Source: Thermoanaerobaculia bacterium (lineage in GTDB: Bacteria; Acidobacteriota; Thermoanaerobaculia; Multivoradales; JAHEKO01). Taken from it: 64,000 nucleotides of DNA. The DNA is taken from positions 146,462 through 210,461 of the forward strand of contig CAWAET010000002.1 of the NCBI GenBank assembly GCA_963781065.1. Reading direction: 5' to 3'. The notes beneath the pieces are model-generated. The model had not been told where the DNA came from, ran no database searches, and saw only the letters and a list, made by a program, of their open reading frames with translations. Made by a program: the position numbers and the translations under genes. Of this stretch, positions 1 through 10,913 are shown piece by piece (positions within the stretch are counted from its first letter, which is position 1; every line of letters begins with the position of its first letter).

Positions 1-269
1 CGTGGTGCTCGATGGCGCGGGCGACGATGTCGAGCCGTGCGTCGGCGGCCGTCTCGGCCGGCGCCGCCGGCGTCACGACCGCGGCCAGCATCAGCGCCGC
101 GGCCAGCTGCCGCGCCGCGCGCGGCACCCCGGGCGGGCACCGCCGCCGAATCCACTGCGCGGGCTTGGACATCGGGGCATTGTACGCCGGCCGCACGGCG
201 CGCCGCCCGGCGAGATAGACTCTCACCGCCGCCACGCCGCTCCCCCACCCCCGATTCCCGCCCCGCGCC

Positions 270-2067
<1,798 letters not shown>

Positions 2068-2082
2068 GGGCGCTCCACCGAG

Positions 2083-3378
2083 ATGCCCTCCCCCGCATCC
2101 GCACGCGACGCCTCCTCGCCGCCGCCGGGCGGCCGTGGTGAGCGGCCCGGCATCTACGTCCACGTGCCGTTCTGTTCGGCGATCTGCCCCTACTGCGACT
2201 TCGCGGTGACCACCCCCAGCGGCGGCCGCCGGCAGCGCTACCTGCCCGCGCTGCTGGGCGAGATCGAGCTCGTCTCCGGCGATCCCTGGCGCGGCGCGCC
2301 GGCGCCACCCGCCGCCGACACCGTCTACCTCGGCGGCGGCACGCCGTCGCTGCTCGAGCCCGACGAGCTGGCCCAGATCGTGGCGGCGCTCGCGGCCCGG
2401 CTCGACCTGGCCGCGGCGCCGTGGCTGGGGCTCGAGGCCAACCCGGAGGACGTGACGCCGGCCCGGCTCGCCGCCTGGCGCCGGCTCGGCGTTCGCTTCC
2501 TGAGCCTCGGTGTCCAGTCCTTCGACGAGGAGTCGCTGGCCTTCCTCGGCCGCCGTCACACCGCCGCCGAGGCGCGCGCCGCGGTCACGACGGCGCTCGC
2601 CGCCGGCATCGAGACGGTCTCGGTCGACCTGATCAACGGCCTGCCGGGCGAAAACGCCGAGAGCTGGCGGCGGCAGCTCGAGACCGCCGCGGCGCTCGCG
2701 CCGCAGCACCTCTCCTGCTACCAGCTGACCGTCGAGACGGGCACGCCGTTCGCCGCCCTGCACCGCCGGGGCGAGCTGCGCGAGCTGCCCGAGGAGGCCC
2801 AGGGCGAGCTGTTCCGGCTCACTCACGCCTGGCTCGCCGACCACGGCTTCGAGCCCTACGAGGCCTGCAACTTCGCCGCCGCGCCCGAGCATCGCTCACG
2901 GCACAACCCGAAATACTGGCGCCACCTGCCCTACCTGGGGCTGGGCCCCTCGGCCCACTCCTTCGACGGCCGCCGGCGCTGGTGGAACCAGCGGCAGATC
3001 GGTCCCTGGTCGGAAGACGTGGCGCGGGGCCGGCGACCGATCGAGGGCGAGGAGGTCCTCACCGCGAACCAGCTCGCCCTCGAAGAGCTGATGCTGGGCC
3101 TACGCACGGTCGAGGGAATCGACCTCGACCGCTTCACCGCCCGCCACGGGATCGACCTCGTGGCCGCCAATCGCGATCGCTGCGCGACGCTCTGCGAGCA
3201 GAACCTGCTCCTCGTCGAAGGCAGCCGGCTGAGCGCCACGCGCGCCGGGCTGGCGGTCGCCGACGGGCTGGCGCGGGCGCTGGATCTCGTGGTCGGGAGC
3301 GACGCTCGCCCCTTCCAGCCGGCGCCGGATCGTCCGGGTCAGGCGCCTGCGGCAGCCGCCCTCACTGGCCGTTCCTGA
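2083..3378 (+). CDS. hemW: Radical SAM heme chaperone HemW / oxygen-independent coproporphyrinogen oxidase-like protein
   Basis: 431-aa ORF with the radical SAM cluster motif HVPFCSAICPYCDF and HemN-like body. It sits in the classic position directly downstream of lepA. Confidence 0.85.
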   Translation: MPSPASARDASSPPPGGRGERPGIYVHVPFCSAICPYCDFAVTTPSGGRRQRYLPALLGEIELVSGDPWRGAPAPPAADTVYLGGGTPSLLEPDELAQIVAALAARLDLAAAPWLGLEANPEDVTPARLAAWRRLGVRFLSLGVQSFDEESLAFLGRRHTAAEARAAVTTALAAGIETVSVDLINGLPGENAESWRRQLETAAALAPQHLSCYQLTVETGTPFAALHRRGELRELPEEAQGELFRLTHAWLADHGFEPYEACNFAAAPEHRSRHNPKYWRHLPYLGLGPSAHSFDGRRRWWNQRQIGPWSEDVARGRRPIEGEEVLTANQLALEELMLGLRTVEGIDLDRFTARHGIDLVAANRDRCATLCEQNLLLVEGSRLSATRAGLAVADGLARALDLVVGSDARPFQPAPDRPGQAPAAAALTGRS

Positions 3379-4705
3379 CCTCGATGCCCGATCCCGTCTG
3401 GTACTGCGGATTGCCGTTCTTGACCGTGTAGATCTTGTTCATGAAGGCCTCGACCTCGCCGGTATCCAGGGGCTTCAGGCAGTCCAGGACGGTCGGCCCG
3501 CCACAGGCAAAGCAGCCCGAGAAGCTGTAGGTCCGGTCTCCCCAGGTCGCGGCCGTCGGGCTCGTGTAGTGGGTGATGAAGTCGAGAATCTCCTTGCTGG
3601 CGGGATCGTAGTAGACCATCTTGAAGCCGGGGTTGTTGCCGTGCAGCGGCGTGATCCCCGGCGCTGCCAGCGCCAACTCCATCACGGTGGCCGGATTGTC
3701 GGGCTGCCTGCGCACGTGGAGCCGGCGCAGCTCGTCCATGTGGGTGTGGCCGTAGAGAATGCCCACAACCGTGGCGGCATTCGCGCCCACCAGGTCAAGG
3801 AACCGGTCCTGCCAGTGGGGGGTGTGGCCCTGAATCGAATGCCCCTGGCCGGCGGGATCGTGAGTCCACATCTGGCCCGGGGTCTTGTGGTGCGAGACGT
3901 TGTAGGCGTTGAGCCCGGGCGGGATGTGCATCGCGATGAGGACCTTGTCCCCGGCCTTCGCCGCGCGATCGAGCTCGGTCCCGAGCCAGCTCAGTTGGGC
4001 CTTACCGGCGGCCTCCTGCATAGTGCCGTCGGCCTCGGTGTAGTCGGTCCCGAGGACGACGGAGTTGAGCGAGATGACCCGCAGTCCGGGCACCGGCGAA
4101 GCACTGAAGTAGCCCATGGCCGGATTCGAGGCGGCCACACAGGGCGGCGAGCCGCAGGAGCTCGCGGCGTTGACCGCCGGCCAGCCGTCGCTCGCCGGCT
4201 CCACCGAAAGCGGGGTCCGGCCGCTGCCGTCGGTGAAGGAATAGTAGTCGCCGGCGAGGGAGTCGTTGTTGCCCGGCAGATAGAGCAGCGGGATGCCGGT
4301 GCCGTCGACGAGCGCGTGAAGATCGGTCAGGACGGTATCGATGTCGGTGCCGTGAGAGGGCGGCGGAGTGCTGCCGCGGTAGTGGGCGGGCAGGTCCCCC
4401 GTGTAGAGGACGAAATCGGGCGGGTCCGGGCCCGCCAGGCTGGCCGCGAGCTTGGCCTTGGTGATCCTCCACAGCCCCGGTTGGGTATCGCCGGGCGAGG
4501 TGCCCGCGGTGTCGAGGTGAACATCGGAAAGGTGCAGAAAGCTGGCGCTGCCGGCGGGAGGCTCGCCCCCGACACAGGTCGTCGCCGCCTGCCCGCCGGA
4601 GACCGTCGGGCCCTCGACGCCGCCGGGCGGCCCGCCGACCGGCGCCGTGGCGCACGCACCGAGCAGGATCAGGATGGCGGTGCTGTAGAGAAGAAACCTG
4701 CGCAT
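3362..4705 (-). CDS. Calcineurin-like metallophosphoesterase, probable lipoprotein
   Basis: Motifs LSDVHLD, GDLPAH, GNNDS, HIPPG, GHTHMD. N-terminus MRRFLLYSTAILILLGACA has signal plus lipobox features. ATG at 4705 is preceded by AAGGGA; the further-upstream start in the ORF track is less likely. Confidence 0.75.
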   Translation of the reverse strand: MRRFLLYSTAILILLGACATAPVGGPPGGVEGPTVSGGQAATTCVGGEPPAGSASFLHLSDVHLDTAGTSPGDTQPGLWRITKAKLAASLAGPDPPDFVLYTGDLPAHYRGSTPPPSHGTDIDTVLTDLHALVDGTGIPLLYLPGNNDSLAGDYYSFTDGSGRTPLSVEPASDGWPAVNAASSCGSPPCVAASNPAMGYFSASPVPGLRVISLNSVVLGTDYTEADGTMQEAAGKAQLSWLGTELDRAAKAGDKVLIAMHIPPGLNAYNVSHHKTPGQMWTHDPAGQGHSIQGHTPHWQDRFLDLVGANAATVVGILYGHTHMDELRRLHVRRQPDNPATVMELALAAPGITPLHGNNPGFKMVYYDPASKEILDFITHYTSPTAATWGDRTYSFSGCFACGGPTVLDCLKPLDTGEVEAFMNKIYTVKNGNPQYQTGSGIEVRNGQ

Positions 4706-4802
4706 GAATTCCCTTCGGCGCCTGTCTGACGCCCGTCGAGCAGACTGGTTGAATGGCTGGCGAGAACCTAACACACGACCCTATCGAACGGCGGACCTCG
4801 GC

Positions 4803-4830
4803 TTGACAAACCGGCTACCGTCTTTAGATA
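4803..4830 (+). promoter_or_regulatory. Candidate sigma-70 promoter of the his operon (TTGACA - 16 nt - TAGATA)
   Basis: TTGACA at 4803-4808 and TAGATA at 4825-4830, about 12 nt upstream of the leader ATG. Assigned by sequence pattern only. Confidence 0.4.
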
Positions 4831-4841
4831 CTGCCGCGGTC

Positions 4842-4910
4842 ATGGATGCTGCTCGCGCCTACCGTCGTCACCACCACCATCTGCATCACGGCCCCTCCGG
4901 GGTCCGGTGA
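4842..4910 (+). CDS. hisL: Histidine operon leader peptide MDAARAYRRHHHHLHHGPSGVR
   Basis: 22-codon ORF with 6 His codons in a 7-codon stretch (cac cac cac cat ctg cat cac). It lies between the promoter and an intrinsic terminator, immediately upstream of hisG. Confidence 0.7.
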   Translation: MDAARAYRRHHHHLHHGPSGVR

Positions 4911-4937
4911 CGGTCCTGCAGCGCGAGTGAACCGAAA

Positions 4938-4970
4938 CGCCGGCCCCCAAGCGGCCGGCGTTTTCGCATT
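4938..4970 (+). terminator. Attenuator / intrinsic terminator of the his leader
   Basis: Perfect 8-bp GC stem CGCCGGCC (4938-4945) / GGCCGGCG (4953-4960), followed by TTTTCGCATT and preceded by AAA. It sits 50 nt upstream of the hisG ATG. Confidence 0.7.
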
Positions 4971-5019
4971 CTGAAACCTCGCAACGCCGACCGCCGAAGG
5001 GCCTCACGGAGGTCTCGAA

Positions 5020-5891
5020 ATGAACGGTCGTCGACAAAGCCCGCTGCGCGTGGCGCTGCCCAAGGGGCGGATGCAGCCGGCGTGGTCGATCTGCTGGAGG
5101 ACGCCGGCATCCGCATCCTGGCCACCGCCCGCGGCTACCGGCCTCGCCTTTCCCTGCCCGACTGCGAGGTCAAGATCCTCAAGCCGCAGAACATCGTCGA
5201 GATGCTCCAGGTCGGCTCGCGCGACGTCGGGCTCACCGGCGCCGACTGGGTCGCCGAGCTGGACGGCGAGGTGGTCGAGCTGCTCGACACCGGGCTCGAC
5301 CCGGTGCGTATCGTCGCCGCGGCGCCCAGGGAGCTGCTCACCGGCGGCGCGCTGCCCCGACCGCCGGCTGGTCGTCGCCTCGGAGTACGAGCGGCTGACC
5401 CGCACGCTGGATCGAGCGGCGCGGGCTCGATGCCCGCTTCGTCCGCTCCTACGGCGCCACCGAGGTCTTCCCGCCCGAGGACGCCGACGTCATCGTCGAC
5501 AACACCGCCACCGGCAGCACGCTGGAGGCCAACGGGCTCGAGATCGTCGACGAGATCATGGGCTCCTCCACCCGCCTCTACGCCGGCAGCCAGGCGCTCG
5601 AGGACCCGGACCGCAAGCGCCGCATCGAGGACCTGCGCTGCTGCTCGCGAGCGTGCTCGAGGCCCGCGACGGGTGATGGTCGAGGTCAACGCCCCGGCCG
5701 ACCGGCTGGAGGCGGTCGTCGCGCTGCTGCCCTGCATGCGCGAGGTCACCGTGTCCCCGCTCTACGGCGACTCCGGCTTCGCGGTCAAGGCGGCGGTGCC
5801 CCGCGACCAGCTGCCGGTGGTCATCCCCGCGGTCAAGGCCGCCGGCGGCTCCGACGTGGTGGTGACCCGCGTCGGGCAGATCGTGCCATGA
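5020..5891 (+). pseudogene. hisG: ATP phosphoribosyltransferase, long form (HisG with C-terminal regulatory domain); at least 5 frame switches as assembled
   Basis: HisG sequence is readable only by hopping frames: LRVALPKGRM | VVDLLEDAGIRIL...RELLTGGALP | RRLVVASEYERLTR | WIERRGLDARFVRSYGATEVFPPEDADVIVDNTATGSTLEANGL...RRIEDLR | LLLASVLEARD | RVMVEVNAPADRLEAVV...VVVTRVGQIVP*. Switches are near 5078, 5358, 5405, 5638 and 5670. GGAGG precedes ATG 5020. Confidence 0.85.
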
Positions 5892-7622
5892 GCCAGGCCC
5901 GCCCTGCCCGCGACCCGGATCCCGAGCACGCCGTACAACCGCCCTTCCCCGATCGCCGCCGGACAGCCTGCGGCTCGACGGCAACGAGGGCAGCCTGCCC
6001 GACCCGGAGCTGCTGCGCGACCTGGCCGGCCAGCCGGCCGGCCTGCTGCGCGACTACCCCGACCTGACCGCCCTGGGCGAGCGAATCGCCCGGCGCCACT
6101 CGGTCGAGCCGGCACGAGTGGTCGTGACCGACGGCGCCGACGACGCCATGGACCGGCTGTTCCGCGCCTATCTCGAGCCCGGACGCGAGCTGCTCGTGCC
6201 GGTTCCCACCTTCGAGATGATCCACCGCTTCGCCGCCGGCTGCGGCGCGGACGTGGCGCAAGTGCCCTGGGTCGACGCGCTTCCCCCTGGCCGAGATCGC
6301 CGAGCGGATCGGCCCGCGGACGGCGCTGGTCGCCGTCGTCTCGCCCAACAACCCCACCGGCGCGGTCATCTCGGCCGCCGAGCTGGCCGAGCTGGCCGGC
6401 CGTGCCGCCGCCGCCGGCGCCCTGCTGCTGCTCGACCACGTCTACGCCGAGTACGCCGACGACGACCTGACCGGCCGAGGCGCTGGCGCACCCCAACGTC
6501 GTCGTGCTGCGCACCTTCTCCAAGGCCTGGGGCCTGGCCGGGCTGCCGCGTCGGCTACGCCCTGGCCGCGCCCGAGGTGGCGGCGACCCTGCGCAACGCC
6601 GGCAACCCCTACCCGGTGGCGGCGCTGTCGGCGCGGATCGCCCGGCGCCGGCTCGACCGCGGCGGCGAGGCGATGCGGCGGCACGTCGACGCGGGTGCGC
6701 CGCGAGCGCCGCCAGCTGAGCGACTGGCTGGCCGCTCGGGGCGTGGCGGTGCCGCCGTCGCAGGGCAACTTCGTGCTCGCCGACTTCGGCCGCCGCGCCG
6801 GCTTCGTCCGCCGGGCCCTGGCCGCCCTCGGCGTCGCTGGTGCGCGCCTTTCCCCACCGGCCCGAGATCGCCGACGCCCTGCGCATCAGCCTGCCCGGGC
6901 GAGCCGGACGGGTTCGAGCGCCTGCTGCGGGCGCTGGCGACGGTCCTCGAGCCGCAGGCGCTGCTGTTCGACCTGGACGGCGTGCTGGCCGACGTCGAGG
7001 GCTCCTACCGCGCGGCGATCCTCGCCACGGTCGGCCTCGTTCGGCGCCGAGCTCGAGCCGCGACGAGCTGCGCGCCGCCACCCTCGCCGGCAACGCCAAC
7101 AACGACTGGGAGCTGAGCCGCCGCCTGCTCGCCGAGCGCGGCGTCGATCGCCTCGCTCGACGAGGTCACGCGCCGCTTCCAGGCGCTCTACCTGGGCGCC
7201 GACGGCACGCCCGGGCTGCGCGAGCGGGAGCGGCCGCTGGTGCCGGCCGAGCGGCTCGCCGCCTGGGCCGGCCGGCTGCCGCTGGCGGTGGTCACCGGAC
7301 GGCCGCGGGCGGAGGCCGAGTGGTTTCTCAGCCGCCACGGCCTCGCCGACCTCGTTCGCCGCCCTGGTCGCCCAGGAGGACGCGCCCGCCAAGCCCGATC
7401 CCGGCGCCGGTTCGCCTCGCCCTCGAGCGGCTCGGCGTCGACGCGCGCCTGGATGGTCGGCGACACGCCCGACGACCTCGCCGCGGCGGCGCGCGCCGGC
7501 GTCGTGCCGCTGGGCGTGCCGGCGCCGGGCGAGGCGGGCGCCGAGACCGCCGCGGCGCTGCGTCGGCGCCGGCGCCGCCGTCGTGCTCGACGACGACGAC
7601 CGACCTGGAGGAGCTGCTATGA
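5888..7622 (+). pseudogene. hisC: Histidinol-phosphate aminotransferase fused to a HAD-IA phosphatase domain; many frame switches as assembled
   Basis: HisC pieces: LRLDGNEG, VVVTDGADDAMDRL, AVVSPNNPTGAV, LRTFSKAWGLAGL-RVGYALA (PLP lysine motif), QGNFVLADF, VRAFPHRPEIADALRISLPG. The sequence continues without a stop into HAD motifs [36 protein letters not shown] overlaps occur at both ends (5888-5891, 7619-7622). Confidence 0.8.
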
Positions 7623-8227
7623 CCGAACTCCGTTCCGCGCGCGTCGAGCGCGCCACCGCCGAGACCGCCTTCGCGGTCGACCTCACTCTCGACGGCCGCG
7701 GCGACGGCCGCACATCGCAACCGGCATCGGCTTCCTCGATCACCTGCTGACCGCGCTCACCCGCCACGCCCGCTTCGACCTGACGCTCGACGGCCGCGGC
7801 GATCTCGAGATCGACGACCACCACACCGTCGAGGACTGCGCCCTGACCCTGGGCCAGGCGCTCGACCAGGCGCTCGGCGACCGCGCCGGCATCCAGCGGT
7901 TCGGCAGCGCCTACGCGCCCGCTCGACGAGGCGCTGGCCCGCGCCGTGGTCGACCTGTCCGGGCGCCCCTTCGCCGCCGTCGACCTCGGCCTGCGCCGCG
8001 AGCGGCTGGGCCGGCTGTCGACCGAGAACGTGCCCCACTTCCTGCAGTCGCTGGCGATCGCCGGGCGGCTGACCCTGCACGTCGACCTGCTGCGCGGCGA
8101 CAACGACCACCATCGAGCCGAGGCCGCCTTCAAGGCGCTGGCGCTGGCCCTGCGCCAGGCCGTGGCCCGCTCGGGCTACGCCGACGTGCCGTCCACCAAG
8201 GGCACGCTCGGCAGGGCGGAGGCGTGA
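7619..8227 (+). pseudogene. hisB: Imidazoleglycerol-phosphate dehydratase (monofunctional); 2 frame switches as assembled
   Basis: [26 protein letters not shown] | [15 protein letters not shown]...[12 protein letters not shown]...FGSAYAP | [17 protein letters not shown]...[16 protein letters not shown]...STKGTL*. Switches are near 7715 and 7922. Confidence 0.85.
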
Positions 8228-9610
8228 ACCGCGCCGCGGTCATCGACTCCGGCGTCGCCAACCTGGCCTCGGTCCTGAGCGCTCTCGACGAGCTGGGCGC
8301 CCGTCCCGAGGTCGTCCGCCAGGCGGACGGGCTCGCCGGCGCCAGCCACGTGGTCTTGCCGGGCGTCGGCGCCTTCGGCCCGGCCGCGAAGTCGCTGCGC
8401 GAGCGGGGCTTCGACGTCGCCATCCGCCGGGCCGCCGACGAAGGCATCCCGGTTCTCGGCATCTGCCTCGGCATGCAGCTGCTGGGCGAGGCCAGCGAGG
8501 AGGCACCCGGCGAGCGCGGCATCGGCCTCTTCCCCGGCACCTTCGAGCGCCTGCCGGCCACCGTCACCGTGCCGCACCTGGGCTGGAACGGGGTCGAGGT
8601 GTCGACTCCCGACGCGGTGCTGTGCTCGGGCGACGCCGCCTTCGCCAACTCCTACTGCCTGCCGGCGCCGCCGCCGGGCTGGGCGGTGGCGCGCACCCGG
8701 CACGGCCGGCCCTTCGTCGCCGCCCTGCGTCGCGGCCGCACCCTGCTGTGCCAGTTCCACCCCGAGCTCTCGGGCGAGTTCGGGCTCGGCCTGCTGCGCC
8801 GCTGGCTGGCCGGCGCCGATCGTCCGGCGCCCTCGCACGGCCGCCCGCCCAGCCGCGGCCTGACCTTGCGGATCGTGCCCTGCCTCGACGTGCGCCACGG
8901 CGAGGTGGTCAAGGGCGTCCGCTTCCAGGGCCTGCGCCAGGCGGGAGTGCCGGCCGAGCGGGCCGCGCTCTACGAGCGCCAGGGCGCCGACGAGCTGGTC
9001 GTGCTCGACGTCGCCGCCTCGCCCGAGGGCGCCGGCACCCAGATCGAGACCGTGCGCGCCGTGCGGGCGCGGCTGCACATCCCGCTGACCGTGGGCGGCG
9101 GCGTGCGCTCGGTCGAGGACGCCCGGCGCCTGCTCGCCGCCGGCGCCGACAAGGTGAGCGTCAACACCGCCGCGGTCGCCGAGCCCGACCTGCTGCGGCG
9201 GCTGGCCGAGGCGTTCGGCTCGCAGTGCGTGGTGCTGGCGATCGACGCCCGCCGCGCCGGCGACTCCTGGCAGACGCTGACGGTGGGCGGCAGGGTGGCC
9301 GAGGGCGGCGACGCGATCGCCTGGGCGCGCCGCGGCGTCGAGCGCGGCGCCGGCGAGATCCTGCTCACCAGCTGGGACCGTGACGGCACGCGCGACGGGC
9401 TACGACCTGGAGCTGCTGGAACGGGTCGCGGGCGCGGTGCCGGTGCCGGTGATCGCCTCGGGCGGCGTCGGCTCGCGGCGCGACGCCTTCGACGCCTGGC
9501 AGGCGGGCGCCGCCGCGGTGCTCGCCGCTTCCATCTTCCACGACGGCGAAGAGACGCCCGACGGCGTCAAGCGCTACCTCGCCGAGAAAGGAGTTCCGGT
9601 ACGCCGATGA
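8224..9610 (+). CDS. hisH/hisF: Imidazole glycerol phosphate synthase, HisH (glutaminase) and HisF (cyclase) in one reading frame; 1 frame switch near 9395
   Basis: GTGA overlap with hisB. HisH motifs [22 protein letters not shown] run without a stop into His[20 protein letters not shown]...LTVGGGVRS...LTSWDRDGT | GYDLELL...IASGGVGS...AASIFH. ATGA overlap with hisA. Confidence 0.85.
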
Positions 9611-10913
9611 TCGTTCCCAGCATCGACATCATGAACGGCCAGGCGGTGCAGCTGCGCCGCGGCCGCGAGACGGTCATCGAGGCGGGCGACCCGCTGGCCC
9701 GGCTCGACGAGCTGGCGGTCGTCGGCGAGGTGGCGGTGGTCGACCTCGACGCCGCTCTCGGCCGGGGCTCGAACACCGCCCTGATCCGCGAGATGGTCCG
9801 TCGTGCCCCCTGCCGGGTGGGCGGCGGAATCCGCGACCTGGAGGCGGCCCGCCGCTGGCTCGACGCCGGCGCCGCTCGCGTCGTCCTCGGCACCGCCGCG
9901 ACGCCCGAGATCTGTGCCGCCCTGCCGGCCGAGCGGGTGATCGCGGCGGTCGACAGCGAGCGGGGCGCGGTGGTGGTCGAGGGCTGGCGCACCCGCACCG
10001 GCGAGGATCCGATCGCCAAGATCGGCCAGCTGCGCGAGCACGTCGGCGGCTTTCTGCTCACCCAGGTCGAGCACGAGGGCTGCATGGGCGGCTTCGACTT
10101 CGCCCTGGTCGAGCGCGCGGTCGCGGCGGCCGGGCAGCGCCGGCTGACCGCCGCCGGCGGCATCACCACCGGCGACGAGATCGCCCGCCTGGCGCGGCTC
10201 GGCGCCGACGCCCAGATCGGCATGGCCCTCTACTCCGGCCGGCTGACCCTCGGCGCCGGCTTCGCGGCGCTGCTCGACAAGGGAGTGGAGGACCGCCTGT
10301 GGCCGACCGTCGTCTGCGACGAGCTCGGCGCCGCCCTGGGCCTGGTGTGGAGCACCCGCGAGTCGGTGACGGCGGCGATCGACGAGCGTCGCGGCATCTA
10401 CTGGTCGCGCTCGCGCCGCAGCCTGTGGCGCAAGGGCGAGACCTCGGGCAACCGGCAGCAGCTGCTGCGCGCCGATCTCGACTGCGATCGCGACGCCCTC
10501 CGCTTCACGGTTCGACAGCAGGGCGGCTTCTGCCACACCGGCGAGCGCGGCTGCTGGCCGAGCCGATTCTCGCTCGGCGGGCTCGAGCGGCGGCTGCGCG
10601 AGCGTGCCGGCGGCGGCGGCGGCGGGCGCCTCGGGCACCGCCCGGCTCCTCCGGCGACCCGGATCTGCTGGCCGCCAAGCTGCTCGAGGAGGCGCGCGAG
10701 CTGGCCGCCGCGGGCGGCGCCGACGAGGTCGCCCGCGAGGCTGCCGACCTGCTCTACTTCACCCTGGTCGCGGCCGTGCGCTCCGGGATCGGGCTCGACG
10801 AGATCGAACGCGAGCTCGGCCGGCGCAGCCTGCGCCTGACCCGCCGCCCGATGCGGGCCAAGCGGACCGCGGCCGAGGCTTCGGGCGCCGCTACCGGCGA
10901 GGCGCCGGCATGA
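9607..10913 (+). CDS. hisA/hisIE: HisA isomerase fused to HisI cyclohydrolase and HisE pyrophosphohydrolase; 2 frame switches near 10610-10655
   Basis: HisA: [16 protein letters not shown]...VVDLDAA...GGGI...AAGGITT. HisI: [23 protein letters not shown]...[14 protein letters not shown]...[26 protein letters not shown]. HisE: SGTARLL | [18 protein letters not shown]...[11 protein letters not shown]. No stop between the domains. ATGA overlap with hisD. Confidence 0.85.

Noticed and set aside
4704-4910. 68-aa ORF from the track as a real protein.
   Set aside because: Only its last 22 codons, from ATG 4842 downstream of the promoter-like elements, make sense, as the His leader peptide. The upstream part overlaps the divergent gene start and the promoter.
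7240-10839. 1199-aa ORF that could be read as one giant multifunctional His protein.
   Set aside because: It is read-through in one frame across hisC-HAD, hisB, hisH-hisF and hisA-hisIE. Only parts of it are the true frame, and the real gene boundaries are marked by the ATGA/GTGA overlaps.
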